From NCBI GenBank assembly GCA_050012075.1, contig JBEKHW010000004.1, positions 8,864 through 72,863 on the forward strand: 64,000 nucleotides of DNA, read 5' to 3'. Origin of the DNA: Candidatus Omnitrophota bacterium (GTDB taxonomy: Bacteria > Omnitrophota > Gorgyraeia > Gygaellales > Profunditerraquicolaceae). Position numbers and translations under genes: made by a program. The notes beneath the pieces are model-generated. The model ran no database searches, was not told where the DNA came from, and worked only from the letters and a program-made list of their open reading frames with translations. The first letter of the stretch is position 1, and each line of letters begins with the position of its first letter. Below, in pieces: positions 39,475 through 50,442 of this stretch.

Positions 39475-40412
39475 GTAGATTTCTTGTTACCGGAGGAGCT
39501 GGTTTTATAGGCTCACATATCGTAGAAACGCTGGTAGGGAGTGGGGAACAGGTCAGGGTGTTGGATAATTTCACAAGCGGCAAAGAAGAAAATCTTAAAA
39601 GCGTGATAGATAAAATCGAGCTGGTTCGTGCGGATATACGTTCGAAAGAGGACTGTCTCAAGGCGGTAAAGGGCGTTGATTTTGTATTACATCAGGCGGC
39701 GTTAAGAAGTGTACCTAAATCAATGGAAGACCCGTTTTCTTATAATGACGTAAATATCAACGGCACTTTAAATATGCTGCAGGCCTCGGCCGAGAATCAG
39801 GTGGAGCGTTTTGTTTTTGCTTCCTCAAGCTCTGTCTACGGAGAGGTAGAGGATTTTCCCGAGAAGGAGAATTTTGTCCCTTCGCCAATTTCACCTTATG
39901 CCTTAAGTAAATTAGCAGGAGAATATTATTGCAAGATTTTTACCAGGCATTACGGGCTCAAAACAGTTTGCCTGCGCTATTTTAATGTTTTTGGCGAACG
40001 CCAGTCCTTAGATGATGAGTACGCGGTCGTAATACCAAAGTTTATCACCTGTCTATTGAAGAATGAGCCGCCTCCTATTTACGGAACCGGTAAGCAGTCG
40101 CGGGATTTTACTTATGTCGGCAATGTTGTCAAGGCCAATATCCTGGCTACGCATATGCCGCAGGCAGTCGGCGGGGTTTTTAATATCGCATCCGGTAGGG
40201 ATTATACTATACTGGAACTGGTTAAATTCCTGAATAAGATAATGCATAAGGATATAATGCCCGTGTTCTTAAAACTGCGTCCCGGAGATGTTTTTAAAAC
40301 GCACGCGGATTTATCCAGGTCGAAAAAATACCTCGGGTTTAAGCCGTCAGTTGATTTTGTGCAGGGGTTGACATTAACGGCAATATTCTTTAAGGAAAAA
40401 GGAAATTTATGA
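39471..40412 (+). CDS. NAD-dependent nucleotide-sugar epimerase (WbpP-like SDR)
   Basis: [29 protein letters not shown]. Confidence 0.9.
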   Translation: MSRFLVTGGAGFIGSHIVETLVGSGEQVRVLDNFTSGKEENLKSVIDKIELVRADIRSKEDCLKAVKGVDFVLHQAALRSVPKSMEDPFSYNDVNINGTLNMLQASAENQVERFVFASSSSVYGEVEDFPEKENFVPSPISPYALSKLAGEYYCKIFTRHYGLKTVCLRYFNVFGERQSLDDEYAVVIPKFITCLLKNEPPPIYGTGKQSRDFTYVGNVVKANILATHMPQAVGGVFNIASGRDYTILELVKFLNKIMHKDIMPVFLKLRPGDVFKTHADLSRSKKYLGFKPSVDFVQGLTLTAIFFKEKGNL

Positions 40413-41347
40413 AGAGAAAAACCGCCGTAATTACAGGTGGCGCCGGCTTCATCGGCTCGCACTTATGCGACCGGCTGATTAAGGAAGGTTTTAAAGTTCT
40501 TTGTCTGGACAATCTTATCACGGGCACCAAAGCCAATATAAAACACCTCCTGCATAACAAATATTTCAGTTTCATAGAGCATAATGTGGCGAAATATATC
40601 AGCGTAAAAGGAAAAGTTGATTATGTATTGCATTTTGCTTCCCCGGCATCTCCGGAAGATTATTTAAAATTTCCGATACAGACGCTTAAGGTGGGCTCAT
40701 TAGGGACACATAACGCCCTGGGGCTTGCCAAAGAGAAAAAAACCAGATTTATAATTGCTTCTACCTCGGAAGTTTACGGAGACCCCGCAGAACATCCGCA
40801 GCCAGAATCATACTGGGGGAACGTAAACCCTGTGGGGGTGCGTGGCTGTTATGACGAGGCAAAGCGTTTTGCCGAAGCCATGACCATGGCCTATCACAGG
40901 GTGCACAAAATAAACACGAAGATAATAAGGATTTTTAATACCTATGGCCCGAGGATGAGGATTAACGATGGAAGAGTGGTGCCGAATTTTATTTACCAGG
41001 TTATTAATAACAAACCTATTACTGTATACGGGACAGGCAGGCAGACCAGGAGTTTCTGTTATGTTGATGATTTGGTGGAGGGGATATTCAGGTTAATGAA
41101 CGCAAACACCAATGAGCCGGTTAATTTAGGTAACCCCACGGAATTTACCATTTTAGAAGTTGCCCGACTTCTGATTAAATTAACAGGTTCAAAAAGCAGG
41201 ATTATCTTTAAACCGCTTCCGCAGGACGACCCCAAGCAACGCTGCCCTGATATAGGCAGGGCAAAAAGGCTGCTTAAATGGCAGCCAAAAGTAACCCTCC
41301 GGCAAGGCCTGATAAGGACCATACCCTATTTCAAGAGGACGATTTAA
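40409..41347 (+). CDS. UDP-glucuronate decarboxylase (UDP-xylose synthase) family
   Basis: [40 protein letters not shown]. Confidence 0.92.
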   Translation: MKRKTAVITGGAGFIGSHLCDRLIKEGFKVLCLDNLITGTKANIKHLLHNKYFSFIEHNVAKYISVKGKVDYVLHFASPASPEDYLKFPIQTLKVGSLGTHNALGLAKEKKTRFIIASTSEVYGDPAEHPQPESYWGNVNPVGVRGCYDEAKRFAEAMTMAYHRVHKINTKIIRIFNTYGPRMRINDGRVVPNFIYQVINNKPITVYGTGRQTRSFCYVDDLVEGIFRLMNANTNEPVNLGNPTEFTILEVARLLIKLTGSKSRIIFKPLPQDDPKQRCPDIGRAKRLLKWQPKVTLRQGLIRTIPYFKRTI

Positions 41348-41367
41348 CCCCAGAGAAAGCGCTTTCC

Positions 41368-41396
41368 TTGACAAAGCATTCTTTATGTGTTATACT
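41368..41396 (+). promoter_or_regulatory. sigma70 promoter of cvpA-NIF3-dnaG-rpoD
   Basis: TTGACA, 17 nt, TGtTATACT. Confidence 0.75.
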
Positions 41397-41442
41397 TGAA
41401 AAAACTTCTTAACTCCAAGCGATTCAGAACGTTAAAAGAAAT

Positions 41443-42021
41443 ATGCTGAAGGATTTATTGCTTAAAATCAACTGGGTTGACCTGCTTATTTTATTCACCC
41501 TATTAAGGGTGTTTTATGCCGGCTTGACTCAAGGGTTCTACAATGAGATCTTTAAACTGATAGGGGTCACTGTCGCAATATACATTTCCCTGCATTATTT
41601 CACTCCTCTTTCAGATTTACTGAAAAAACAGTTTGCGGTAAAAACAGTGCCTATTGAGTTCCTGGATTTTGTGTGTTTCCTGTTTTTGGTTATTATCGGT
41701 TATTACATTGTTACGCTGGTGCGTATGGTGTTTGACCGTTTCGTAAAAGTCGAAGCAGTCCCCGCATTAAGCAAGTGGGGCGGCCTTATTATCAGTATCG
41801 GTAGAGGGTTCTTATTGACAAGCCTTATTGTTTTTTGTCTTACAATCTCAGGTTTCAGTTATTTTAAGAAAAGCGTCGCCACTTCATTTACAGGCAGGGA
41901 GATATTCAGGATTGCCCCCACAACATATCAATGGATTTGGAACCATATTACCTCCAGGTTTATGCCGTTAGAAAAAATAAACGAGACCATCCCCGAGATA
42001 GAGGCATCTCTTAACAAATGA
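41443..42021 (+). CDS. CvpA family membrane protein
   Basis: NWVDLLI..G..GF..E, GGLI..RG; four TM helices. Confidence 0.8.
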   Translation: MLKDLLLKINWVDLLILFTLLRVFYAGLTQGFYNEIFKLIGVTVAIYISLHYFTPLSDLLKKQFAVKTVPIEFLDFVCFLFLVIIGYYIVTLVRMVFDRFVKVEAVPALSKWGGLIISIGRGFLLTSLIVFCLTISGFSYFKKSVATSFTGREIFRIAPTTYQWIWNHITSRFMPLEKINETIPEIEASLNK

Positions 42022-42896
42022 AGTTATCGTATCTTTATCAACAGGCGGTAAAGCTGGGCGCCCAGTGCGATCCCCGGCAGCAGAAAAATAAGATATCTTC
42101 TTATGCCGATACCGCAATACTTAACGGAAACCCCGATAGCCGGATAAAAAGAGTCCTTGTCGGAATAGACATAGAAGTTGCGGAGTTGCTATTGGCAGAC
42201 AGGATCCGTTCCCGCGAGGGCCTAGACCTGGTTATTTCCCATCATCCCGAAGGGAGGGCTTACGCGTCTTTATACAAAGTTATGCAGTTACAGGTTGATG
42301 TGTTGAAAAAAGCCGGGATTCCTGTAGCTGTGGCGCAGAAATTCCTGGACGAGAGAATGGAGGAGGTTTCCAGGAGAGTTATGCCCGCTAATCATACCAG
42401 GCCCGTAGATGCGGCTCGTCTTCTGGGTATACCCTTTATGTGCGTGCATACGCCCGCAGATAACCATGTGTTCTATTTTATTCAACAGTTATTAAAGAAG
42501 GTAAAACCAAGAAAAGTCGCTGGTGTTGTAGATATGCTCCTTAAAATACCGGAATATAAAGAAGCGGCAGGCCAGGCAAGCGGGCCGCGGATTATCCTGG
42601 GTAGCCCCGGTAGGCAAACTGGTAAAATCTTGGTTGAGATGACCGGCGGCACGGAAGGCCCGAAGGATATTTTTGACAAGTTGTATAAAGCAGGCATAAG
42701 GACAATCGTCGGTATGCATTTGAGCGAAGAGCATTTTAAGAAAGTTAAAGACATAAATCTCAGTGTAGTTATCGCAGGGCACATATCTTCCGATACGCTT
42801 GGGCTAAATCTACTTCTAGACCGGATAGAAAAACAGGCTAACGAAAGATTAGAAGTAATCAGCTGTTCCGGGTTTAAGAGAATAAGCAGAAACTAA
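42018..42896 (+). CDS. NIF3-like (NGG1p-interacting factor) metal-binding protein
   Basis: GIDI, SHHPEG, HTPADN, MTGGTEG, AGHISSD. Confidence 0.85.
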   Translation: MKLSYLYQQAVKLGAQCDPRQQKNKISSYADTAILNGNPDSRIKRVLVGIDIEVAELLLADRIRSREGLDLVISHHPEGRAYASLYKVMQLQVDVLKKAGIPVAVAQKFLDERMEEVSRRVMPANHTRPVDAARLLGIPFMCVHTPADNHVFYFIQQLLKKVKPRKVAGVVDMLLKIPEYKEAAGQASGPRIILGSPGRQTGKILVEMTGGTEGPKDIFDKLYKAGIRTIVGMHLSEEHFKKVKDINLSVVIAGHISSDTLGLNLLLDRIEKQANERLEVISCSGFKRISRN

Positions 42897-42916
42897 ATAA
42901 TTTATAATAAATAGAG

Positions 42917-44689
42917 ATGCAGACACGCATACCAGAGACACTTTTAGAGGATATATTAAGCCGTGTGGATATTGTCGAGGTGGTTTCCGGTTTTATACCC
43001 CTTAAGCGGGCAGGAAGGAATTTCAAGGCGCATTGCCCTTTCCACCACGAGAAAACCCCATCTTTCATGGTTTCTCCCGACCGCCAGATTTACCATTGTT
43101 TCGGCTGCGGAGAATCAGGGAATGCCTTCAAATTCCTTATGCGCTATGAACGGCTGGATTTTTTGGAAGCGGTGGAATACCTGGCAAAAAAATCAGGGGT
43201 AATTTTACCCAGGCGCCAAGCTAGCGACCAAAAGACAGTCGGCTTTACGACACAGCTTTACAAGATAAATGAATTGGCCGCTATCTTTTATGAAGAGACA
43301 CTGAATTCAACGCAGGGAAAACTAGCAAAAGAATATCTTTTTAAAAGAGGGATTGATGAAAATTCTATAAAGATATTCAAGCTTGGCCTTGCGCCCGATA
43401 GATGGGATGGGTTGATTTCTTATCTTCGGCAGAAGAATATAAGCCTTGCGTTCCTGGAAAAGGCAGGGCTTATCCTTTCTAAGGACGGAGGCGGGTTTTA
43501 CGACCGGTTCCGTAACCGCCTTATGATTCCTATCCTTGATATCAAAAACCGCGTGCTGGGGTTTGGCGCAAGAGTCCTTGATGATACCCTGCCCAAATAC
43601 ATTAATTCTCCGGAGACCCCGGTTTACACCAAGGGCAGGCATCTTTACGGTTTAAATTTCGCAAAAGACGGTATCCGGCAAGAAGATTGCGTGGTAGTGG
43701 TAGAAGGATACCTCGATTTTCTTGTTCCCTTTCAGGCCGGCCTGAAAAATATAGTTGCATCTTTGGGTACGGCACTTACACTAGAGCAGGTAAGGCTTAT
43801 AAAGCGGTATACGCACAACGTGATTATGATTTATGACCCTGATGTAGCAGGAGAGATTGCTACTCTGCGAAGCCTCGATATATTCGTGGAGGAAGAAATG
43901 AATGTAAGGGTAGTTACTCTTCCCAAGGGTTTTGATCCTGATTCGCTTGTCCGTAAAGACGGCATAGAGGCCCTTCGCGAGAAAATTAAGAACGCCCAGG
44001 GGATTTTTGATTATAAACTAGGCATACTTAAAAGCCGTAACGGCTCCGAAGACGCGGAGGGCAAGGCAAAGATATCATCGGGAATGCTTGAGACAATCGT
44101 TAAATTCAAGAACGAAATCCTTAAATCCGAATATATCAAGCGCCTGGCGCAGGAGCTGGATGTCAGGGAGGACGCGCTGTTACATGAGTCCAGGAAGATA
44201 AATACGGCAAAGTTGCCTTATTCGCAAGAAGGCCCTGTGGCCGCAAAGAAGGCGTTGGCTATAAACCCGACCGAAAAGCTGCTCCTTAAGCTTATGCTTG
44301 AGGAAACGGAACTGGTCGTCCAACTGCGCGATAGTATTACACCGGCTGATTTCTACAATGAGAAGGTATCGCGTATTGTCTCTGTCATGTTCGACCTGGT
44401 GTCGCAGGGCAAAGGTATAGAGCCGCGCCTGCTTATGGAGCATTTAGGCGACGATGACATCTCTGAAATCATCTGCGAATCCGCTTTTCTGCCGGAAGAT
44501 TTATCCGGGCAACAGAAGGAGCGGGTAGTCAGCGATTGTGTCCAGCGCCTAAAAAAAGAGAAAATAAAATTACGCAGGCAACATTTGCATGACCAGATAA
44601 AAACAGCCCAGGATTCAGGGGATGATGAACGATTGAGCCAGTTGATGGGCGAATTCCATTCTTTAATTAAAAAAGGGAGCCAGGTATGA
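42917..44689 (+). CDS. dnaG: DNA primase
   Basis: [35 protein letters not shown]. Confidence 0.97.
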   Translation: MQTRIPETLLEDILSRVDIVEVVSGFIPLKRAGRNFKAHCPFHHEKTPSFMVSPDRQIYHCFGCGESGNAFKFLMRYERLDFLEAVEYLAKKSGVILPRRQASDQKTVGFTTQLYKINELAAIFYEETLNSTQGKLAKEYLFKRGIDENSIKIFKLGLAPDRWDGLISYLRQKNISLAFLEKAGLILSKDGGGFYDRFRNRLMIPILDIKNRVLGFGARVLDDTLPKYINSPETPVYTKGRHLYGLNFAKDGIRQEDCVVVVEGYLDFLVPFQAGLKNIVASLGTALTLEQVRLIKRYTHNVIMIYDPDVAGEIATLRSLDIFVEEEMNVRVVTLPKGFDPDSLVRKDGIEALREKIKNAQGIFDYKLGILKSRNGSEDAEGKAKISSGMLETIVKFKNEILKSEYIKRLAQELDVREDALLHESRKINTAKLPYSQEGPVAAKKALAINPTEKLLLKLMLEETELVVQLRDSITPADFYNEKVSRIVSVMFDLVSQGKGIEPRLLMEHLGDDDISEIICESAFLPEDLSGQQKERVVSDCVQRLKKEKIKLRRQHLHDQIKTAQDSGDDERLSQLMGEFHSLIKKGSQV

Positions 44690-46227
44690 AAAAGAAAGAA
44701 AAAGAATATGTAAGCAAGGATATGGAGAAAATTATTGCCTTGGGCAGGCAAAAAGGGTTCCTTACTTATGATGAAGTAAACGACCTCTTGCCCGAGGATA
44801 TATCCTCTTCAGAAGAGATTGACCGTTTATTTGAGATACTCGGGAACGAAGATATTGAACTTGTGGAAAATGAAGAAGAGAAGATGGCCGAGAAAGAGGC
44901 GCAGGCAGCAGCAAAAGAGGATGCTTTAAACGAACAGCTTAAAGCAGAAGAGCGGTTCTTGCCTTTGGATGATCCCGTTAAGATGTACCTTAAGCAGATG
45001 GGCTCTATTGCCCTTCTTTCGCGCGAGAATGAGATAGAGCTGGCTAAGAAGATAGAATACGCGGAAGGAAAATTTAAACTTGCGGCGCTGGATACGAAAT
45101 TTATCCGCCGGCATGTTTTATCCGTTGCAGTTGGGATTATAGAGGGCAGGGTAAATTTAGACGAGATGGTGAAAGAGGATATCAAGGCCAAAAAAGGCAG
45201 TTCCCTTTCCAGGATAAAAAGGATAGTTAAACGCCTCAAGTATGTGCGCGGGGTAGGCGAGACAATTAAACTGCTGTTGCAGTTTAATTTCACGACTTCT
45301 GTTATAGAGAACGCGGCATTGCGCCTGAGCGCGTTGCTTAGAGAAATAGATAACTTAAGCCGTACGGGAAGATCAAGGAACAGGGCGCACAAACGCATGC
45401 TTTTAAGGCAGCTCGGAGAGCCGCCTCAGAAGATAAAAGAAAAGATCAAGCTCATTAAATTAGCGCATCTTAGATTTAACCGGACGAAGAAGAAGTTGGT
45501 AGAGGCAAACCTGCGTTTAGTGGTAAGCATTGCCAAGAAATATACCAACAGGGGGCTTTCTTTCCTTGATTTAATCCAGGAGGGTAACATAGGCCTTATG
45601 CGGGCAGTGGAAAAGTTTGAATATAAGAGAGGGTATAAATTTTCCACTTACGCTACCTGGTGGATACGTCAGGCTATTACCCGCTCAATCGCCGACCAGG
45701 CGCGCACTATCAGGATTCCCGTTCATATGACAGAGACGATAAACAAAATAATCAGGTTCTCCCGCATATTCGTTCAGCAGAATGGCAGAGAACCCGTGCC
45801 TGAAGAGATAGCGCAGAAGATGCGGCTGCCGCAGGATAAAGTCAAGACCATACTAAAAATTGCCCAAGAGCCGATATCTTTGCAGATGCCAATAGGAGAT
45901 GAAGGGGATACTCATTTCGGCGATTTTATACAGGATAAAAAAGCAGTTTCTCCGGCAAATGAAACAGTCCGGGTTATGCTCAAAGAGGAGATGAATTCCG
46001 CCCTCAGCACCCTGACCGAAAGGGAGAAGAAGATTTTGATCTTAAGGTTCGGGGTCAATGACGGTTGCCCCAGAACACTGGAAGAAGTGGGGAATATTTT
46101 CAGGGTAACCCGCGAAAGAGTCAGGCAAATAGAGGCAAAGGCCTTAAAGAAGCTCCGCCATCCTACGCGTTCAAGGCGGCTGCGCACTTTTCTGGATATG
46201 ACGCTTGCGCACCAGCGGGAGTATTAA
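44686..46227 (+). CDS. rpoD: Primary sigma factor RpoD
   Basis: Region 1.1, [38 protein letters not shown]. Confidence 0.96.
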   Translation: MKKKEKEYVSKDMEKIIALGRQKGFLTYDEVNDLLPEDISSSEEIDRLFEILGNEDIELVENEEEKMAEKEAQAAAKEDALNEQLKAEERFLPLDDPVKMYLKQMGSIALLSRENEIELAKKIEYAEGKFKLAALDTKFIRRHVLSVAVGIIEGRVNLDEMVKEDIKAKKGSSLSRIKRIVKRLKYVRGVGETIKLLLQFNFTTSVIENAALRLSALLREIDNLSRTGRSRNRAHKRMLLRQLGEPPQKIKEKIKLIKLAHLRFNRTKKKLVEANLRLVVSIAKKYTNRGLSFLDLIQEGNIGLMRAVEKFEYKRGYKFSTYATWWIRQAITRSIADQARTIRIPVHMTETINKIIRFSRIFVQQNGREPVPEEIAQKMRLPQDKVKTILKIAQEPISLQMPIGDEGDTHFGDFIQDKKAVSPANETVRVMLKEEMNSALSTLTEREKKILILRFGVNDGCPRTLEEVGNIFRVTRERVRQIEAKALKKLRHPTRSRRLRTFLDMTLAHQREY

Positions 46228-46233
46228 ACGGCA

Positions 46234-48543
46234 ATGGATATCAGTAAAGAAAAAGAAGAAAAATTAAACGAGAAAATAAGTTCTCTACAGTCCCGCATAG
46301 CGGAGTTGGAAGGCTTGCGGGAAAAGCACAAGCAGATAGAGGAAAAGCTGAAAGAGAGCCGCGCTGAGTTAGAGATACGGGTTAAAGTAAGGACATCGGA
46401 ACTTGCCAAGGCGAATGAGGAACTCCGCAAAGAAATCTCTGAGCGCCGTATGGCGGTAGAGAAATTGGCCAAGATAAACCAGTGTTTCTTGAATTTTATG
46501 CCGGATGCCAGGCAGAATATCAACAGCCTTACCTGCCTTTGCGGAGAGATGCTCAATGCGGATTGCGCTTTATACAACCACCTTGAAGAAAAAAATTTAT
46601 TATGTTCTTTGGGGCAATGGCAGGTGCCTGTGGATTATAAAGCCTTGGACAATGCAAAGGGGCATATCTGTTTTGACGTGATTAACCAGGCTAAAGATGA
46701 GGTTATGGTTATACGTAACCTTAAAGAGAGTAAATACTTCGAGAGTGACCCCAATGTGAAGGCGTACGGACTTAAGACTTATCTCGGTTATCCCGTTAAG
46801 AATTACGATGGCCTTTATATCGGCTCTTTGTGCCTGGTATACAAGAGGGATTTTGCTCCTACCGAAGATGATAAGAAGATAATCAAAACTATCGCCACTG
46901 CTATCAGTACAGAAGAGAGCCGCAGGGAATTAAAGGAAAGATTGATCAATTCAGAAGAGCAGTACCGTCTGGCGATTGATTCCATGCCTAATCCCATTCA
47001 TATCGTCGACAAAAGATTGAATATTGTTTTGTTTAACAAGGCGTTCAAGGGGCTTAATACCCGCCTGGGCCTTGAGGAAAACGTAATCGGCAAGAATATC
47101 TTCGAAGTTTTTACTTTCCTGCCAAAGACGGTTAAGGAAGAGTATGATAAGGTATTCCATACAGGCGAGCCACTGATTACTGAGGAACAGACCAGGATAG
47201 GCCGCGAGGCATTCTTTACCGAAACAAGCAAGATCCCGGTTTTTAATAAAGAAGAGGTCGAAGAGATAATCACGGTAATGAGGGATATCACTGAAAGAAA
47301 GGCGACAGAAAAAGAGAGGGAGCGGTTAAATAAGGAATTGCTCAAGACCAACACCGAATTAAAACAGCTCTGCCTTATGGATTACGATACGGGCCTTTAC
47401 AATCACAGGTATTTAAAAGATGCTATAGAGGCGGAGTTCGACCGCAGCCGCAGGTACGCGCACCCCTTATCTATAATCATGCTGGATATCGATTATTTTA
47501 AGTCGATAAACGAGGTGTATGGCCTTGCCTTCGGCGACCTGGTTTTAAAGCAGTTGGCCCAGGAGATAAAAAGGATGGTGCGCAGGTACGATATAGTTGT
47601 CCGTTTCGCGGGAGAGGAATTCGTGATTATTTCTCCCGGCATAGATAGGACACAGGGTGTTCTCCTTGCGCAGCGGCTCCTGGATGCCCTTAATCTCTGC
47701 ACCTTCGGAAATAAAAAACAGAGCGTTAAACTTAAACTGAGCGTTGCGGTTTCCTCGTATCCTGAAGATAAGGCGCTCAAAGCCATGGACTTGGTCAGCC
47801 TCGTAGAACATTTATTGACGGAAGTCAAGGAGGCTGGCGGCAACCGTGTTTATTCGTCCCTGGAATCAAAAAAGATAAAGAACGCGCCTGTTTCTTCCAA
47901 GAACCATATAGGCGGTATCCATATGTTAAGGAATAAATTAGACCGCCTTACTAGAAGAGCGAATCAGAGCCTGGCCGAAGCAATATTTGCTTTCGCGAAA
48001 ACCATAGAGGTCAAAGACCATTACACCGGAGAACATGTGGAAAGAACGGTGTATTACGCCACGGAGATTGCTAAAGAGATGGGGTTGCCGGAAGACGAAA
48101 AAAATCTTATCAAGCAAGCGGCAATGCTTCATGATCTTGGCAAGATCGGAATAAGCGAGGCGATTCTCAACAAGAAATCTAAATTGACGCCGAAAGAATT
48201 TACTGAAATCAAGAAGCATCCGCAAATAGGCGCTGATATAATAAGGCCGATACACTTTTTGCACAGCATCATCCCTTTTATGCTCTATCATCATGAGAGA
48301 TGGGACGGGAAAGGTTATCCCATGGGTTTAAAGGGGGAGGAGATTCCGACAGGGGCAAGGGTTATCGCGCTTGCAGACGTTTATCAGGCCGTAACCAGCG
48401 AACGCCCATACCGCAAGGCATTCCCTAAGAGAGAAGCAATAAAGATTGTCAAAGATGGCGCGGGAACGCAATTTGATCCCAAGGTAGTTGCGGCGTTCCT
48501 GCAGGTTCTAAAGAAAGAAAAGCACTTATCAAGCAAAAGATAA
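46234..48543 (+). CDS. GAF-PAS-GGDEF(AGEEF)-HD-GYP c-di-GMP protein
   Basis: RRYD..RFAGEEF, HDLGKIG, HHERWDGKGYP. Confidence 0.88.
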   Translation: MDISKEKEEKLNEKISSLQSRIAELEGLREKHKQIEEKLKESRAELEIRVKVRTSELAKANEELRKEISERRMAVEKLAKINQCFLNFMPDARQNINSLTCLCGEMLNADCALYNHLEEKNLLCSLGQWQVPVDYKALDNAKGHICFDVINQAKDEVMVIRNLKESKYFESDPNVKAYGLKTYLGYPVKNYDGLYIGSLCLVYKRDFAPTEDDKKIIKTIATAISTEESRRELKERLINSEEQYRLAIDSMPNPIHIVDKRLNIVLFNKAFKGLNTRLGLEENVIGKNIFEVFTFLPKTVKEEYDKVFHTGEPLITEEQTRIGREAFFTETSKIPVFNKEEVEEIITVMRDITERKATEKERERLNKELLKTNTELKQLCLMDYDTGLYNHRYLKDAIEAEFDRSRRYAHPLSIIMLDIDYFKSINEVYGLAFGDLVLKQLAQEIKRMVRRYDIVVRFAGEEFVIISPGIDRTQGVLLAQRLLDALNLCTFGNKKQSVKLKLSVAVSSYPEDKALKAMDLVSLVEHLLTEVKEAGGNRVYSSLESKKIKNAPVSSKNHIGGIHMLRNKLDRLTRRANQSLAEAIFAFAKTIEVKDHYTGEHVERTVYYATEIAKEMGLPEDEKNLIKQAAMLHDLGKIGISEAILNKKSKLTPKEFTEIKKHPQIGADIIRPIHFLHSIIPFMLYHHERWDGKGYPMGLKGEEIPTGARVIALADVYQAVTSERPYRKAFPKREAIKIVKDGAGTQFDPKVVAAFLQVLKKEKHLSSKR

Positions 48544-48544
48544 G

Positions 48545-49297
48545 ATGAAGAAATTCCGAGAAAAATTGCTTAGGTCAAATAAAATATTGCTGGTCGACGA
48601 TGACTCTATATTCCGGAATGAATTCAGGGAGTGTTTCCAGGAGTACGGCGTCATTGACGCTCCAGGAGGAGAAGAGGCGATTAGTATCCTAAAGAAACCG
48701 AACGAAATTGACCTGGTAATCTTAGATGTCAGGATGTCCGGCTTAAACGGTATCGAAGTTTTAAACCAGATAAGAAAGCTAAGCCCGGGTTTAAGGATTG
48801 TTATCCTGACCGGCTATGGCTCAAAAGATGTGGCGGTTGAAGCGCTTCGGGGACAGGCAGACGATTACATAGAAAAGCCCCTGGAGATTGAAAGCGCAAG
48901 GCAGATCATTGAGAAATTCGTAGGGACAAAGCGCGGCGAACCTGGCTTCGACGCGATCGGCATCAAAGAGAAGATTGAACGCGTAAAAAACTTTGCCCGC
49001 AGGAATGCCTTAAAAAAGATTTCCCTAAAAGATGCCGCCCAAACCATATTTTTGAGCCCGAAATACTTAAGCAGGATTTTTAAGGAACATACGGGAAAAG
49101 GGTTCAACGAATATAAATTGACGCTTAAAATTGAAGAAGCAAAGAACCTTTTGATGAAAACCGGATATAACGTTGAGCAGATTTCAGATAAACTGGGATA
49201 CCAAAACCCGGAGTCATTTATCCGGCAATTCAAGAAGATTACCAAGAAGACCCCCGCTGAATTCCGCATTAAATCAAAGCGCAAGAAGCGTAAATAG
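48545..49297 (+). CDS. Response regulator with AraC-type HTH
   Basis: LLVDDD, LDVRM, LTGYG, KP; LSPKYLSRIFK..GYQNPESFIRQFKK. Confidence 0.9.
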   Translation: MKKFREKLLRSNKILLVDDDSIFRNEFRECFQEYGVIDAPGGEEAISILKKPNEIDLVILDVRMSGLNGIEVLNQIRKLSPGLRIVILTGYGSKDVAVEALRGQADDYIEKPLEIESARQIIEKFVGTKRGEPGFDAIGIKEKIERVKNFARRNALKKISLKDAAQTIFLSPKYLSRIFKEHTGKGFNEYKLTLKIEEAKNLLMKTGYNVEQISDKLGYQNPESFIRQFKKITKKTPAEFRIKSKRKKRK

Positions 49298-49360
49298 CGC
49301 CCTATTAATAAGCCCGCATTCAATTGGCTCCCTAACCTGTCCAGGTGGAAAAAAGTCCAT

Positions 49361-49390
49361 AAAAAAGTTAATATGCATATTGACTTTTTT
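49361..49390. promoter_or_regulatory. 30-bp near-perfect palindrome overlapping a TTGACT -35 (putative operator)
   Basis: aaaaaagttaatatgcatattgactttttt, one mismatched pair. Confidence 0.55.
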
Positions 49391-49448
49391 TGTTTCCTTA
49401 GTAATATGGATACAGGTATTCAATGCCCACAAGATACGAATGAAATTA

Positions 49449-49630
49449 AGCGCCGCGCATAGCGCGGAGTAAACAAGCGCTAGACACCTAGCATAGCTAG
49501 GTGTGATTTTGGCATAAGCAACCCCCTCCGCAGAGCCTGAGGGCGATTTAGCCGTAAACGCCAAAGGCACGGCTAAATCGAGAGGTATGCTAAAATCAAG
49601 GCACGTTGAAATCAAGGCAGCGCCTGTTTA
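49449..49630 (+). repeat. Nested hairpin-module element, copy A
   Basis: Outer stem taaacaagcgct/agcgcctgttta encloses the 119-bp core shared with 50301-50419. Confidence 0.9.
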
Positions 49631-49645
49631 AAAGGAGGAGAAAAG

Positions 49646-49819
49646 ATGGCAAGGATGAATACGCAGGATTCTTCTAAGTTAACGCCAGAGAAGATCCATT
49701 CCCTGATACAGAAAAGAGCGCAGGAAATTTGCATGAAGAGGGGTTGCGCTCCCGGAAATGACTGGAAGGATTGGTTTGAGGCGGAGAAACAGATAAAACG
49801 CGAATTAAGATTAAAGTAA
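49646..49819 (+). CDS. DUF2934-family small protein (57 aa, below the ORF-track cutoff)
   Basis: SD AAGGAGG; MARMNTQDSSKLTPEKIHSLIQKRAQEICMKRGCAPGNDWKDWFEAEKQIKRELRLK fits the I..RA.E...RG...G.D..DW..AE pattern. Confidence 0.85.
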   Translation: MARMNTQDSSKLTPEKIHSLIQKRAQEICMKRGCAPGNDWKDWFEAEKQIKRELRLK

Positions 49820-50110
49820 GAATATAGAGATAATAGTAATACACGCAAGATATCAGATATAAAAGATAAAATTGGTCCGCGCATGGATGCGGCTTTGGTA
49901 TTTCTTTATGTGAGCGTCCGTCTGCCTTATGCCTTTTAAAGATCCTTTCTCAATAGTCTCTCATTTTACCTCCTAAAAATAGAGTAGAAATAAGTCAATA
50001 AAAAGCGCAATCTAACCATAAACTTTTTTTGCATGATCAGTATAATAAGAAATAACATAGTATCCGCTTAACCCGTTAGAGATTATTCATAGGATAGAAG
50101 AAACATTGGC

Positions 50111-50236
50111 ATGACAAAGTTGACAGGATACAAAGAAGAGCTACAATACGAGTTTGAAACTATCGAGCATGAAATCCGCCACATAATCATTGATGAGCAG
50201 GAACACGTGGCTGAGCTCGAGGTTATTTTAGGATGA
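50111..50236 (+). pseudogene. C-terminal remnant of a ferritin-like protein
   Basis: MTKLTGYKEELQYEFETIEHEIRHIIIDEQEHVAELEVILG* has the helix-4 DExxH motif; in-frame stop at 50090; no SD. Confidence 0.55.
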
Positions 50237-50244
50237 AGCGAACT

Positions 50245-50442
50245 AGCGCCGCGCATAGCGCAGAACCAGCTCCGCACACAGTGCGGAGTAAAATAAGCCA
50301 TAGACACCTAGCATAGCTCGGTGTGATTTCGGCATAAGCAACCCCCTCCGCAGAGCTTGAGGGCGATTTAGCCGTAAACGCCAAAGGCACGGCTAAATCG
50401 AGAGGTATGCCAAAATCAACGCCAGAGGCATGGCTTATTTTA
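50245..50442 (+). repeat. Nested hairpin-module element, copy B
   Basis: ctccgcac aca gtgcggag, then outer stem taaaataagccat/atggcttatttta enclosing two further modules. Confidence 0.9.

Noticed and set aside
49950-49952. Selenocysteine or alternative-code readthrough of TGA
   Set aside because: Many genes in the window end in TGA, and no SECIS-like hairpin or redox motif is evident.
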